From an uncultured Verrucomicrobiae bacterium (GTDB lineage Bacteria > Verrucomicrobiota > Verrucomicrobiia > Chthoniobacterales > Chthoniobacteraceae): a stretch of 64,000 bases of DNA. The notes below the pieces were generated by a model. That model searched no databases. It was not told the origin of the DNA and saw only the letters and a list, made by a program, of their open reading frames with translations. Below, in pieces: positions 8,651-19,344 of the stretch. The stretch spans positions 224,001 to 288,000 of the forward strand of contig CAVYKI010000002.1 of NCBI GenBank assembly GCA_963769025.1, in the 5' to 3' direction. The translations under genes were made by a program, and so were the position numbers. Position 1 is the first letter of the stretch. The number at the start of each line of letters is the position of its first letter.

Positions 8651-9604
8651 TCAGGTGCGCACGCCGGGCTCGGTGAGGTCCATGAAGGCCTGGTTCAGGT
8701 GCTTCACGTCCTCCCGGAACGCCAGGATGCTCGCGCCGGAGGCGAGCGCGGCCTGGAGGATCGCGTTGGGCGTGAGCGCCGCGGGATCGAACTCGACGGT
8801 GTAGCGCGCCACGCCGTCGGCGGCCTGCTGCACGCGCGTGATTCCCGGCAGGGCGCTCAGCGCGGCCACGAGCGGCGGGTGCTCCGCCGAGAGCGTGAGG
8901 GCGAAGGCGTCGCCCGCCTTTTCCCCGACGATGAGGCCGCGCATGGTTCCCGTGTATTTCACCGCGCCCCGGTCGAGGATGGTCACGGAGTCGCACAGCT
9001 CGGCGAGTTCGCTGAGGATGTGCGAGCTGATGAAGATCGTCTTCCCGAGCTTGCGCAGCTCCTGGAGGATTTCCATGAGCTCGATGCGCGCCCGCGGGTC
9101 GAGGCCGCTGGCCGGTTCGTCGAGAAGCAGGAGGTCGGGATCGTGCACGAGCACCCGTGCGAGCGAGACGCGCTGCTGCATCCCGCGGGAGAGGCCCTGG
9201 ATGAAATCATCCTTCCGCCCCGCCATGTCGGTGAGCGCGAGCACGTCGCCGATGGTCTTGTCCCGCTGCGACTGCGTGAGGCCGTAGGCCGCGCCGAAAA
9301 AATCGAGGTACTCGAACACGGTCATCTGCCGGTACATCGAGAAGTGATCCGGCATGTAGCCGATCCTCCGTCGCACGAGGCTGAGGTCGCGCATGATGTC
9401 CTTTCCGAAGACGAGCACGGTGCCGGTCTGCGGCGGGAGCAGCGTCGCGAGGACCTTCAGCGTCGTGGTCTTGCCGGCGCCGTTTGGGCCCACGAAGCCG
9501 TGGATGCTCCGCGCGTGAACGGTGAATGTGACATCATCGACGGCGACGTGATTCTTGTAGGCGTGCCGGAGTTTGCGGATGTCTATGACGGGTTCGTTGT
9601 CCAT
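8651..9604 (-). CDS. ABC transporter ATP-binding protein (ABC-2/DrrA-like)
   Basis: GPNGAGKTT, LSRGMQQR, LLLLDEP, SSH. Confidence 0.95.
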   Translation of the reverse strand: MDNEPVIDIRKLRHAYKNHVAVDDVTFTVHARSIHGFVGPNGAGKTTTLKVLATLLPPQTGTVLVFGKDIMRDLSLVRRRIGYMPDHFSMYRQMTVFEYLDFFGAAYGLTQSQRDKTIGDVLALTDMAGRKDDFIQGLSRGMQQRVSLARVLVHDPDLLLLDEPASGLDPRARIELMEILQELRKLGKTIFISSHILSELAELCDSVTILDRGAVKYTGTMRGLIVGEKAGDAFALTLSAEHPPLVAALSALPGITRVQQAADGVARYTVEFDPAALTPNAILQAALASGASILAFREDVKHLNQAFMDLTEPGVRT

Positions 9605-9617
9605 GCGGTGCGGAGGT

Positions 9618-11375
9618 TCACGGTTTGAAAATATCCATGACGTAGAGCACGAGGCTTTGCCCGCGCTGGAAGCGATCGTTCTTCAGCCCGAACTCGGGCG
9701 GCCCTTCGGCGAAGAGGAAAAGTCGCGCATGGTCGGCACCCCGTGGAGGGCTCGCGAGGTACCGGCGGAAGTAGGCGCCTTCGCCGTTTGCGAGGCAGAT
9801 GAAAAGCGGATGCAGGCTGCGAAGCGTGCGGATGATGGCGTCCTGGTCGCCGTAATCGCCGTAGTAGTGGCGGCCGTAATCGTAGTAGCGGTTTTGGCCG
9901 AAAAAATACTCGGAGGACTTCAGACTCGTATTCGCTGGAAGCTCGAAGCCGCCGGGTGTGAGCGTGAGTTCCGCATAGCGTCCGCCGCATTCGAGCACTG
10001 CGGTGAAGACGCGTTTGCGGAAATCCGGCGCTGCCGACACGCGAAGTGTCTTGAGCGAAAGCGCCCTGTCTTTCGCCGCAGGATCTTTTTCCGTCCATTC
10101 CTCCACTTTGAGATGCGGGGCGTCCGCCTTCATCACGCCGCGGTGCAGGAATGGCCGTGACGAAAAGAGCGGGATGTCCGCGGAAAAGTGCGCCTCCCGG
10201 CCGGTGACGATCTCACCGCGCACGTTTTCCTCGAAGGACGCCGTCCCGTAAAGGTGACCGCCACCGGCATGGCCGAAGCGATAGACGTCGCCGCTCGTGG
10301 CGAACGCGTGAACCCACTCGTGCACATCGAATCGCCCGTCGCCTAGCGGCCGGGCGATCGCGAGCGTGTGATAGATCTGCTTTTCGCCGTAGCCCCGCCG
10401 GCCGATGACCGTGAACACCCACGCGAACAACGCGACCGTGACAAGAAAGCCCGCGAGCAGCAACCGGTAGTTCCGCTTTCGCAGCACGTAAAAGACGGGG
10501 CCGATGAGGACGACGTAGAGCACCGTGAGCCAGTAGATGAGCGTCCAGTTGATGTTCGGGCGCGTGATCGCCCCGAGCTTGCTGAAGCTGAAGCTGTCGA
10601 TGTCGTTCACGTTTCCCTTGCCGTCCGCGCGGAGTTCCGGCGGTGGAAAGCCGTTCTCTTTCAGCCATTGCTCGGTGATTTCCGCGCGGCTGATGGTGTG
10701 CTTCACCACAAGCCCCGCGCCGACGCGCTGGCGCTCGCCGCTCGTGATGTTGAGCACGGCGAGGTCGTCGGTGAATTGCGGCAGTGCGCCATCCGCGCCC
10801 GGGAGCAAATGCACGGTCCCGCCGCGGCGCACCCAGTCGAGGAATGCCTCGCGGCGCGGCGCCTCCCAGTGCGGCTGGTGATCGAGCACCACCGCGGACA
10901 GTCCGTCGGTTGCGCTCACGGTCGTCGGGAAAAGGTTTTCCTGGAAGAGCCGCATGCGGACCGTCCGCATGCCCGGCGCGTTCGGGTCTGCGAGGATGAC
11001 AACCGCCGGCGGCCCGACACCCGGTTGCCCGAAATCCTCCACGCGCCGCTGGCCGTCATCCCAAGAGAGACGCCAGTTCGGGACGTAGTTCCCGATGTAC
11101 GGAAAAAACTGGACCCAGCGCGAGGAGCCGGGAGCGAGATAGACCTGCTGCTCTGAAGGCACGCCGCTGCCGGCGGAATCCAGGACGAGTTTGCCGTCGA
11201 ACGGTTGCGTGCCGCGGTTGCTGACCTCCACCGACACCACATTGAAACTCCAGTGTTGGACCTTGCCATCAAAGCCCCACAGCGCAGGGCCGACCTGAAG
11301 CGCCGCGTGCGACTCCCCCGCGAGCAGGAGCGAGACCAACAGGGCGAGGACGGTGAGGAATCCGGGACGGTTCAC
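9618..11375 (-). CDS. Uncharacterised ABC-associated membrane protein (signal peptide, extracytoplasmic domain, TM hairpin, C-terminal domain)
   Basis: GTG start, signal peptide, LSAVVLD...FLDWVRRGG segment, TM pair LYVVLIGPVFYVL. Confidence 0.7.
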   Translation of the reverse strand: MNRPGFLTVLALLVSLLLAGESHAALQVGPALWGFDGKVQHWSFNVVSVEVSNRGTQPFDGKLVLDSAGSGVPSEQQVYLAPGSSRWVQFFPYIGNYVPNWRLSWDDGQRRVEDFGQPGVGPPAVVILADPNAPGMRTVRMRLFQENLFPTTVSATDGLSAVVLDHQPHWEAPRREAFLDWVRRGGTVHLLPGADGALPQFTDDLAVLNITSGERQRVGAGLVVKHTISRAEITEQWLKENGFPPPELRADGKGNVNDIDSFSFSKLGAITRPNINWTLIYWLTVLYVVLIGPVFYVLRKRNYRLLLAGFLVTVALFAWVFTVIGRRGYGEKQIYHTLAIARPLGDGRFDVHEWVHAFATSGDVYRFGHAGGGHLYGTASFEENVRGEIVTGREAHFSADIPLFSSRPFLHRGVMKADAPHLKVEEWTEKDPAAKDRALSLKTLRVSAAPDFRKRVFTAVLECGGRYAELTLTPGGFELPANTSLKSSEYFFGQNRYYDYGRHYYGDYGDQDAIIRTLRSLHPLFICLANGEGAYFRRYLASPPRGADHARLFLFAEGPPEFGLKNDRFQRGQSLVLYVMDIFKP

Positions 11376-11460
11376 GTGGCGCGGACGGTGGCAGGGATGC
11401 GTCAAAATGTGTAGCTGCAACTGAGCAGCCACGGTCGGAAGGAGGCGGGCTTGCCGCCCA

Positions 11461-13281
11461 TCATCCCGCACGTCGCAGCCAGCGCTCCGACATCCGGAGA
11501 CAAAGCCAGCGCACTCCGAGCAGCAGAAGCGCGTAACCTAAAAAATTCCAGACTATGAACGTCCACGGCCCGCTCGCGTAGTGCAGTGAGCGATCACCGC
11601 CGCGAAAATGGACGGAAGCATCATCGAACCGGCCGGCTTCATTCGCTTCCACAATCCCAAGCGGGCTGAGGAGCGAGAGCCAGAGTCGCGGTTCGGTATC
11701 CTGCCAGCCGCCCCAGACGAGCGAGAGGAGGATCCGTGGCCCGGCGATCCAGATCGCAAAAAGGATCAGCGCAGCCATGATCGCCCGCGGGCGCACCTGC
11801 AGCGAGAGGGCGAGGAGAAGCGACGTCCAGACGATCAGCGGCGGATACACTGCAAGGACGAGCGCGTAGCTCATCCAATATCGCCAGAGCGCGACCCATT
11901 TCGTGTCCGCGGAAACGTATTGGTATTCGGACCACCCCTCGACCGCGAACACGACCGCGAGCATCACGCCGAACAAGATCCAGTAACGGCGAAGTGCGTG
12001 CGCTTTCTGGCGGAGAATCTCCGGTGCACCAAGCGGTGTGGTCAGCAGGATTTGCAGCGTCTGGTTCGAGTGTTCTGCGAGCAGGGTGCCGGTGCTCTGC
12101 ACGGTCAGGATGACAAGCCCCGCCGCTGCGAGCACGACGGCGAGGTGGTGCAGCCGCTCGGGTCCGGCGGTTTGCGGATAGAGTCCGAGGAGAAAGAGGC
12201 TCGATGCCAGCGTCACCCCTCCGGCGACAACGGTGAAATAGTAATAACGCGCACGCCCTCCGAAAACGCTGCGCCCGCTCTCGCGCCACGCGACCGGATT
12301 GTCCCCGGGAAGGTCCGTGTGTTTCGGCCAGAGCGAGTGGAGCCATTTTTTGAACACTGCGGGGAGCAGCCGGGCTGCTCCGAAAAGGAGGCGTTCGTTT
12401 CCTCCGCTGGAAACGCGGAACGCGCGGCGCAGCATCACCAGCCGCGCGAGGAGCAGGCAGACCCCGGCTGCGATCAAGAGCGGTACGCAACGACGCCCGG
12501 TCTCTCCGAGCAGGCGGGCCCACAGTGCGGACGCATCCATTTCGCCGGTGCTGGCGACGCTCTCCTGAAACGCGAGCACATGGGCGAACACCTCAGGCGG
12601 CCAGAGCGACCAGAGCCATTCCGGGACATCGAGTCCGCGGAGGTCTGCGCCCCACAGGACGTAGCGCACGCCGACCGAGTACGCGATGGCCGCCGCGATG
12701 TGGATGAGTGCGGTGCCGAAATACGCGGCGAGCATCGCGCCGGTCGTCGTGCGGCACCACGACGAGCAGAGCAGTGCGAACGCGCCCGTCTGCAGCCACG
12801 TCACCACCACTACCATCGCTCCGGACGTGAGGAGCTGTGGCGACACGCCGCCATAGCCCATCGTGATCGCGCCGAGCGGCAGCGCGAGGAGCAGGAGCGT
12901 CATCATCGGGAGCAGGCCGGCGAGATACTTTTCGAGCAGCATCTTCGTCGGCGACATCCGCGTGAGCAGCAGCAGCGAGAGGGAGTCGCGCTCCTTCTCA
13001 TAGGTGAGCACTCCCGCCATGAGGGCCGGCTGGAAAAGCAGGACGCCCCAGCATTGGAATTCGACGAGCTGCTGGAAGAGGTGGCGCCCCAGCCCGAGCA
13101 CGCCGAGGCCGGTCGCGTCGCCCGCTGCATTTCCGATGAGCCGCCGCAGCGCGAAAACAAAAATCACGTAAAGCGCGAGCCCGTACACCACGCGCGCGGC
13201 ATACGTGCGCTTGCGCGCTGCGCGCTCAGTGAGCTCGCGCGCGAGCAGCGGAAAGGAAACGATGGAGCGCAGGGAAATCAC
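11461..13281 (-). CDS. ABC-2-type permease-like multi-TM protein
   Basis: PLLARELTERAARKRTY, GVLTYEKERDSLSLLLLTRMSP and NPVAWRE; GTG start overlaps the upstream TGA. Confidence 0.8.
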   Translation of the reverse strand: MISLRSIVSFPLLARELTERAARKRTYAARVVYGLALYVIFVFALRRLIGNAAGDATGLGVLGLGRHLFQQLVEFQCWGVLLFQPALMAGVLTYEKERDSLSLLLLTRMSPTKMLLEKYLAGLLPMMTLLLLALPLGAITMGYGGVSPQLLTSGAMVVVVTWLQTGAFALLCSSWCRTTTGAMLAAYFGTALIHIAAAIAYSVGVRYVLWGADLRGLDVPEWLWSLWPPEVFAHVLAFQESVASTGEMDASALWARLLGETGRRCVPLLIAAGVCLLLARLVMLRRAFRVSSGGNERLLFGAARLLPAVFKKWLHSLWPKHTDLPGDNPVAWRESGRSVFGGRARYYYFTVVAGGVTLASSLFLLGLYPQTAGPERLHHLAVVLAAAGLVILTVQSTGTLLAEHSNQTLQILLTTPLGAPEILRQKAHALRRYWILFGVMLAVVFAVEGWSEYQYVSADTKWVALWRYWMSYALVLAVYPPLIVWTSLLLALSLQVRPRAIMAALILFAIWIAGPRILLSLVWGGWQDTEPRLWLSLLSPLGIVEANEAGRFDDASVHFRGGDRSLHYASGPWTFIVWNFLGYALLLLGVRWLCLRMSERWLRRAG

Positions 13282-15236
13282 GGCTCGGGCGGCGCGCTGA
13301 ACCGGCGGTAGATGGTCGTGACGCTCCCCTCCTGCCGCCACGCGAGGAGGAACGGTGCGCCGCGCGCGTTGTCATCTTCCATCGTGCGCAGCAGCGTACC
13401 GGTCACGCTGGGAGCACGGCCCAACCAGGCCGTGGTGCGGAGCCGCGATCCTGGCATCTGTTCGGACAATCCGAATTGGCGGAGTGAGAACCGGTAGTCC
13501 AGCGCACCGGGCAGCGCGCCCCAGCCCGGCGATTTCGACCAGCACTGCATTCCCGCCGGCGTGGGAACGGGTTCCCGTTCCCGCACTTTCTCAAACTCCT
13601 CGTTGAACTCAAAGCGGCTGTTGCGTGCCTCCAATGCATCCCAAGGAGCGCCGGAGTCGTCCCGCGCAGCGGCGGGAAAAGAGGTCACGCGGACGAGCGC
13701 GGGCGTCCATTGCCGTAGCGAGCGTTTCATTCGGCCGCGTGATGAGGACTCCCACTCGAATGTCGCGTCGCCCGGCCGCCCGGCGGTTTCGGGACGGGCG
13801 ACGGCGGCGAAGGTGGTGGCAAGGTCACTCTCGACCCGCGGCATCGCAACGGCGGTGCCATCCTCCACGCGTACCTCCCATTCGCGGTCACGTGCGGGCA
13901 GCAGAAATTCGTAGCGCACCTCGCGGAGCACGCGCCCGTCACGGGCCACATCCACGAGGCGCACCGTCCCGCGCCGGTCGTCGGTGCCGATGCTGCGTTC
14001 TGCCGCGCGCCACATCCACGTCGCGCACAGCGCGCACAACACGGGGAAGAGCAGCCACGTCCAGCGCCGCCGTCGCAGCCAGCCGAGCAGGAGATAATCA
14101 CCGGGTCCGACGCACAGCAGCAGAACGGCCAGCATGCCGCCCACGAGCGCGAGCGGGATCAGGCGAGGAGCACCTGGGCGCAGCGTATCCATTCCCGCGG
14201 TGGCCAGCCAGAGCGCGCGGAGTTCGCCTTCGTCCTGCTCGTTTAGCCAGCGGCTTTGCCTTGCCCAGTCCTTGTCCCACACGCCCTTTGCCGCGACCTC
14301 ACGCACTTGATCGGGCGGCAGTTTCCAAAATGCCGCAACCGCCGCGCGCCACGGCTTTCCCTCAAACTCCTTCTCATCCGCTGAGCGCGTGACGACCACC
14401 GCCGTGCCCAGCCCCGGCCACAAGATGAACGGCTCACGTCCTGGAACGCTCAGCCGTCCGGCTTCGCCCAACGTGGACCGCTTTTTCGTTCCATGTCTCG
14501 TGCAGAGAGTGTCGATGAATGCGGCGTGTCGCTCTTGCACAGGCGCATCCGCGCACATCCAGAGACTCCCGCCGGACTCGACCCAGCGTGCGAGTGCGGC
14601 GAGCTGCTTTTCATTCGCGGATGCGAATGCCGGCCCGTCGAGAAACACAGCGTCGTAGGCGCACCAGCCGAGCGGATGCGCGGGCATGCTTTCGGCGGCG
14701 ATGGGTGCCGTCAGCGTCGTGAATGTGAGCCAGCCCGCGGCGTCCAGCTTTGGGCGCAGCGATTCGAGACCGAGGCTCGCTTCGCGCTTGTGGTCGAGAT
14801 CGGTCAGCCGGCGTCCGGATCGCACGATGCCGAGCACGATTTCATGTCCGCCGACTCCATAGATGCCGATCTGCTGTGCGCCGAGGTCGAGGGAGCCGTC
14901 TGGCCCGAGCCAGCGGAGTCGCGCTGCGAGGCCGTCTCCCTGATGCGCGCCCGGCGGCGGCGGGAGCAGCACCGGCACCGTGTGTGCGCCGGGCTGGAGG
15001 ACCAGCTCCGCGCCGCGATGCACGGCGGCCTTGCGGTCGCCGAGGAGCAGCGTGATTTCGAGCCGGCCTTCGAGCAGGCGCGGCGTGGGATTTTGAAAAC
15101 GGACCTCCAGCGGGATCGGACCTCCGCGGCGGAGCCGGAGATTTCCGGTTTCGAGCGTCGCGGTGAGTTCCGCCGCTTGCGCGCAATTCAATGAAGCGAG
15201 CACGGACAGCAGCAGAACTCGCCAGAGGAAAGTCAC
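13278..15236 (-). CDS. Uncharacterised ABC-associated membrane protein (distant paralog of 9618-11375)
   Basis: Signal peptide, YDAVFLDG...LARWVESGGSL segment, TM pair CVGPGDYLLLGWLRRRRWTWLLFP. Confidence 0.7.
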   Translation of the reverse strand: MTFLWRVLLLSVLASLNCAQAAELTATLETGNLRLRRGGPIPLEVRFQNPTPRLLEGRLEITLLLGDRKAAVHRGAELVLQPGAHTVPVLLPPPPGAHQGDGLAARLRWLGPDGSLDLGAQQIGIYGVGGHEIVLGIVRSGRRLTDLDHKREASLGLESLRPKLDAAGWLTFTTLTAPIAAESMPAHPLGWCAYDAVFLDGPAFASANEKQLAALARWVESGGSLWMCADAPVQERHAAFIDTLCTRHGTKKRSTLGEAGRLSVPGREPFILWPGLGTAVVVTRSADEKEFEGKPWRAAVAAFWKLPPDQVREVAAKGVWDKDWARQSRWLNEQDEGELRALWLATAGMDTLRPGAPRLIPLALVGGMLAVLLLCVGPGDYLLLGWLRRRRWTWLLFPVLCALCATWMWRAAERSIGTDDRRGTVRLVDVARDGRVLREVRYEFLLPARDREWEVRVEDGTAVAMPRVESDLATTFAAVARPETAGRPGDATFEWESSSRGRMKRSLRQWTPALVRVTSFPAAARDDSGAPWDALEARNSRFEFNEEFEKVREREPVPTPAGMQCWSKSPGWGALPGALDYRFSLRQFGLSEQMPGSRLRTTAWLGRAPSVTGTLLRTMEDDNARGAPFLLAWRQEGSVTTIYRRFSAPPEP

Positions 15237-16189
15237 GCCGTCTTTCCCTCCGTGAGCTTCATGAACGCCGTCTCCATGTCCACCGCGTCCGGCTGGAACA
15301 TCCGCACGCGCGCGCCGGTCGAGCGGATCGCGTCGAGCAAATCCTCGGGCGAAAGCTCGCCCTCGCGCAGCCGGATCACGAGCCGGTCCGGCTGCTCCTC
15401 GATGGACGCAACGCCCTTGATGGCGCGCATCTTTTCCAGGTGCGGCGCGGAGTCGCCTGCGAGCTGCACGTGGATGGCGCGGTCGAGCGCAAGCGTGCGG
15501 TAGATTTCCTTCAGCGGGCCGGATGCGACGACGCGGCCCTGTTCGAGGATGCCGATGTGCGAGCAGAATTGCGCGAGTTCGTGGAGGATGTGCGAGGAGA
15601 TGAGGATCGTCTTGCCCATGGTCTGCAATTCCTTGAGCAGCTCGCGCATCTCGATGCGTGCGCGCGGGTCGAGGCCGTTCGCCGGTTCGTCGAGCAGGAG
15701 GAATTCCGGGTCGTGCAGCAGCAGCCGCGCGATGCCGAGCCGCTGCTTCATGCCGCGCGACAGGCCCTCGACCGGCGCTTGCGCCTTCGCCGTGAGGTCC
15801 GTGAGCGCGAGCACGTCGGCGATGAGGGCGCGGCGATCCGCGCTCGGGATGTGATACGCGGCGGCGAAAAAGTGGAGGTATTCCTCCGCGGTGAGATCGT
15901 CGTACACGCCGAAGAAATCCGGCATGTAGCCGATCTTCCTGCGCACCTCCGAGGCGTGCGTCCGAACGTCATGGCCGCACACGTGCACCGTGCCGGAGCT
16001 GGGTCGGATCAACGTGGCGAGCACCTTGATGGTCGAAGTCTTGCCCGCGCCATTCGGGCCGATGAATCCGAAGATCGCCCCGCGCGGAATCTCGAGGGAG
16101 ATGCCATGCACCGCCTCCGTCTTTCCGTAGCGCACGGTCAGATTGGAGATCGAGACGAGGGGCGGCGCTTCCAGCATGGCCGCGACCAT
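15233..16189 (-). CDS. ABC transporter ATP-binding protein (ABC-2/DrrA-like)
   Basis: GPNGAGKTS, LSRGMKQR, LLLDEP, SSH. Confidence 0.95.
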   Translation of the reverse strand: MVAAMLEAPPLVSISNLTVRYGKTEAVHGISLEIPRGAIFGFIGPNGAGKTSTIKVLATLIRPSSGTVHVCGHDVRTHASEVRRKIGYMPDFFGVYDDLTAEEYLHFFAAAYHIPSADRRALIADVLALTDLTAKAQAPVEGLSRGMKQRLGIARLLLHDPEFLLLDEPANGLDPRARIEMRELLKELQTMGKTILISSHILHELAQFCSHIGILEQGRVVASGPLKEIYRTLALDRAIHVQLAGDSAPHLEKMRAIKGVASIEEQPDRLVIRLREGELSPEDLLDAIRSTGARVRMFQPDAVDMETAFMKLTEGKTA

Positions 16190-16310
16190 GACGGAATTCG
16201 CAGCGATGCCGCAAGCGTGCCTGCAGCGCAGTACCGAACAGTCGCGGGAGCCGTCCGCAGCCCAGACGGGCTTCCTCGGTCCCGGTGTGAGTTGTTGCGA
16301 TGCGGCGCGG

Positions 16311-17192
16311 TCAGGGCTTCAGCCAGCCCATGCTGCCCATCCATTCGCCCACGCGAACGAGCCAGTCGGCGGCCGGCAGGCCGGATTTCCTCATTCCGAA
16401 GCCGTGGCCGCCCTTCGCGTAGATGTGCAGCTCCGCGGGGAGGTTCAGCTTCTTGTATTCGAGATAGAGCAGCGCACTGCCGCTGGAGCTGGTCTGATTT
16501 TTGTCATCGCCGGCATGGACTAGGCACATGGGCGGCGACTTCTCCGTCACTTTGATTTCGGGCCTCAGTGTGAAGGTGTCCTCCTTCGTCACGAGATACG
16601 CGGGATAGACGGGGATGGAGAAATTCGGCGTCGCGTCGTCCACATCCAGCGCCGGATCGGCGGTGTAAGTGCGATCGTTCGCGTGCAGCGTCGCCATCAC
16701 CGTGAGATGTCCGCCCGCGGAGAAACCAAGGATGCCGATGCGGTCGGGCTTGATGCCCCATTCCGTCGCGCGATGGCGCAGAATGCCCATGGCGCGCTGC
16801 GCATCCTGCAGCGGTTCCTTGGAAGGGTCGGCCTTGTCGCGCGCGGGGACGCGATACTTCAGCAGCGCGCAGGTGACTCCGAGCGTGTTGAGATACTCAC
16901 ACACCTGCGAGCCTTCGTGCTCGCTCGCGAGGATGCTGTAGCCGCCGCCCGGAGCGACGATGACCGCCGTGCCGTTCGGCTTGTCCGCCTTATAGATTGT
17001 GATGGTCGGCTCGGACACATTCGTCACGCGCTTCACGTCGGCGTCGCTCTTCTTGGGGATTTCCTTTTCCGCCTCGATCTTGAATCCCGCCGGCTCCGGC
17101 GCGCCCTTCGGCCAGAGCTTGAGGGTGACGGGTTCGGCGGCGAGGAGCGACGACGTGAGAAACGTGATGGCGAGCGTGGTGTGGATTTTCAT
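16311..17192 (-). CDS. Secreted alpha/beta hydrolase (acetyl esterase / BD-FAE-like)
   Basis: Signal peptide, PGGGY, GFSAGG nucleophile elbow, GGHGFG. Confidence 0.88.
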   Translation of the reverse strand: MKIHTTLAITFLTSSLLAAEPVTLKLWPKGAPEPAGFKIEAEKEIPKKSDADVKRVTNVSEPTITIYKADKPNGTAVIVAPGGGYSILASEHEGSQVCEYLNTLGVTCALLKYRVPARDKADPSKEPLQDAQRAMGILRHRATEWGIKPDRIGILGFSAGGHLTVMATLHANDRTYTADPALDVDDATPNFSIPVYPAYLVTKEDTFTLRPEIKVTEKSPPMCLVHAGDDKNQTSSSGSALLYLEYKKLNLPAELHIYAKGGHGFGMRKSGLPAADWLVRVGEWMGSMGWLKP

Positions 17193-17261
17193 GGGGATGA
17201 GGCGGGGAGGTCTGGAATTGAGAATGGCGGGATTGAAAAATCGTTCGGGACCATCGCGATT

Positions 17262-18326
17262 TCATGCACCGAGGGCCATTTTCCAGACCTGCGGGGTCCA
17301 CGCGCCGGTCTCCCATCCGTCCTTGGTGGAGAACTCGCGCACGAGCACCTCGTCGCGCGTGACTTCGACGTTCAGGAACGCCTGCGCCTCGCTGTTGAAA
17401 TGTCCTGCGTTGTCGGTGTTCAGGAAAGGCACGCCATCAGCCGCGCGCTCGTCCTTCGTGCCGTTCCACCTCACGATCCTGCGCGCGTGTGTGTGTCCGC
17501 AGAGCGAAGCGGCGGTGCGGTAGGGCTTGATGGTTTCATAGAAGGCGTGCGCGTCGCCGTAGTCCCACTCGCTGCTGCGCACCTTTTCGTCCGGCTGCTC
17601 GGTGGAGTAGCGATGGACATCCACATGATGAACGAACACGACGGGCCGGCCGCTGTTGCCGACATGCTCGCGGAGATCGCGCTGGAGAAAAGGCAGGCTG
17701 CCGAGCGGCGCGTAGCGGCGAGGGCGCTTCACCGCGGGCGCGTCACCGACGACGATGCCGAGTGCGACGAAATGCACGCCGGCCCAGTCCCACGAATAGT
17801 GCAGGCCATTTTCCGAGACGTTCGTGAGCCCGGCGCGGCGTTTGTTGCGCGCGATGATTTCATTCACCATCGGCGTATCGCCGCGAGGGCCGTCGTGGTT
17901 CCCGTGAACCTCGCGGACCGGCCAGCGCAGCCGCCCGTCGCCGCCATTCAGTCCCCAGTCCGCGAGGAAGGCTGCCGTCTCCGTCTCCGCCATCGCCTGC
18001 TTCGCCTTGCCCTTGTCGCCATTGTCAATGACGTCGCCCGCGTGGATGACGCCGTGCGGAACCGGGACGCTGCCGCCTCCCGCCTCGGCGGAAAACGCGG
18101 TTCCCGGCAGCCGGTTCAGCCAGCCGATAAGGCGCGCATTATAGCGCGCGGAAACGGCGTCCATCGTTGAATGCTCATCATCCTCCGCGCAGTAATGCGT
18201 GTCGCCCACGAGGAAGAATGAAGCCTTCTCCGGTTTCGTCGCGGCTGCCCAGGAGTTGCCGGTCAGCACTGCGGCCCCGCTTCCGAGGGCGAGTTGTCGG
18301 ATGAATTGGCGGCGTGTGCGCTTCAT
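17262..18326 (-). CDS. Tat-exported calcineurin-like metallophosphoesterase
   Basis: TRRQFI Tat motif; GDTH, GDVID, GNHD and GHTH motifs. Confidence 0.88.
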   Translation of the reverse strand: MKRTRRQFIRQLALGSGAAVLTGNSWAAATKPEKASFFLVGDTHYCAEDDEHSTMDAVSARYNARLIGWLNRLPGTAFSAEAGGGSVPVPHGVIHAGDVIDNGDKGKAKQAMAETETAAFLADWGLNGGDGRLRWPVREVHGNHDGPRGDTPMVNEIIARNKRRAGLTNVSENGLHYSWDWAGVHFVALGIVVGDAPAVKRPRRYAPLGSLPFLQRDLREHVGNSGRPVVFVHHVDVHRYSTEQPDEKVRSSEWDYGDAHAFYETIKPYRTAASLCGHTHARRIVRWNGTKDERAADGVPFLNTDNAGHFNSEAQAFLNVEVTRDEVLVREFSTKDGWETGAWTPQVWKMALGA

Positions 18327-18552
18327 GGGGCAGGGGGGAGATTCACGGTGCGGGGTAAATGGGGATGAATTGGTGACGCTGACAGCCGGCGCGCGGTTTC
18401 GCGAGCGTCTTGTTGGAGTCGAAATCGATTCCCTCTGCCGAGAAGAGCGCGGCTCGCAGCGGACGTTCGCAGCGATCGCTGCGCGAACGGACTTTGCACG
18501 CCGGTTTCACGAATGCCTTCCCACGTCGCGACTCGGTGCTATTTTTCGCGGT

Positions 18553-19344
18553 ATGGATGAAAACAGCGAACCACCGCAGGGACTCGAAGTCCGAACCTAC
18601 TTTGTCCGCGAGCGCAACGCGCTCGTGGCGCGGGCGGACTTTGGCGAGCTGTTTGTGGACTACTACCTGCACCAGGGCCAGATGGGCCGGCAGAACCGCC
18701 CGGCCGAGGACACGATGATCAAGGAGGCGCTTGCTGCGCTGACGCTGCATTGCGCCTCGCGGCCGAGGAACGAGACGACCGCGTGGACGATCCATTTCAC
18801 GGACCCGCTTGTGAATCTCTTCGTCACTGGCGACAACAACCGCGGCACGGTGGTCGGGCAGCTCTTCACCGAGGATGTGAAGAACGACGGCCGCCATCTT
18901 TTCATGGGCGACACGGTGCGCGGCATCACGCCGGCCCGGCGCAGCGTCGTGGAACTGAAGGACGCGGACGTTTTCACCGGCGTGGAGCGCTATTACGACC
19001 AGAGCGAGCAGCGGCCCGCGCGGCTGTTCCGGCATGCCGAGGAGGATTTCGTGATGGTGAGCGCGCATCCGGATTGCGACATGGCGTGGTTCGAAGCGCT
19101 GGATGACGCGGCGGTCCGCAAATTGGATCAAACGGAGACGCTGACGCTACTGGAGAAGCGTTACTACCGCTGGGAATGCGGCTGCACCGAGCGGCGCATG
19201 ATGGACATTCTCAGTTCTACGATGAAGCAGGACGCCGATGCGCTGTTCGGCGAGGAGCCGCTCATCCGCATGAGCTGTCCACGCTGCGGCGCACGCTACA
19301 TGATCACGCGGGAGGCGATGGAGGCGCACGTCGCGGCGAAATGA
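18553..19344 (+). CDS. hslO: Hsp33-family redox-regulated chaperone
   Basis: YYDQSEQRP and C-terminal CGC...CPRC zinc motif. Confidence 0.8.
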   Translation: MDENSEPPQGLEVRTYFVRERNALVARADFGELFVDYYLHQGQMGRQNRPAEDTMIKEALAALTLHCASRPRNETTAWTIHFTDPLVNLFVTGDNNRGTVVGQLFTEDVKNDGRHLFMGDTVRGITPARRSVVELKDADVFTGVERYYDQSEQRPARLFRHAEEDFVMVSAHPDCDMAWFEALDDAAVRKLDQTETLTLLEKRYYRWECGCTERRMMDILSSTMKQDADALFGEEPLIRMSCPRCGARYMITREAMEAHVAAK

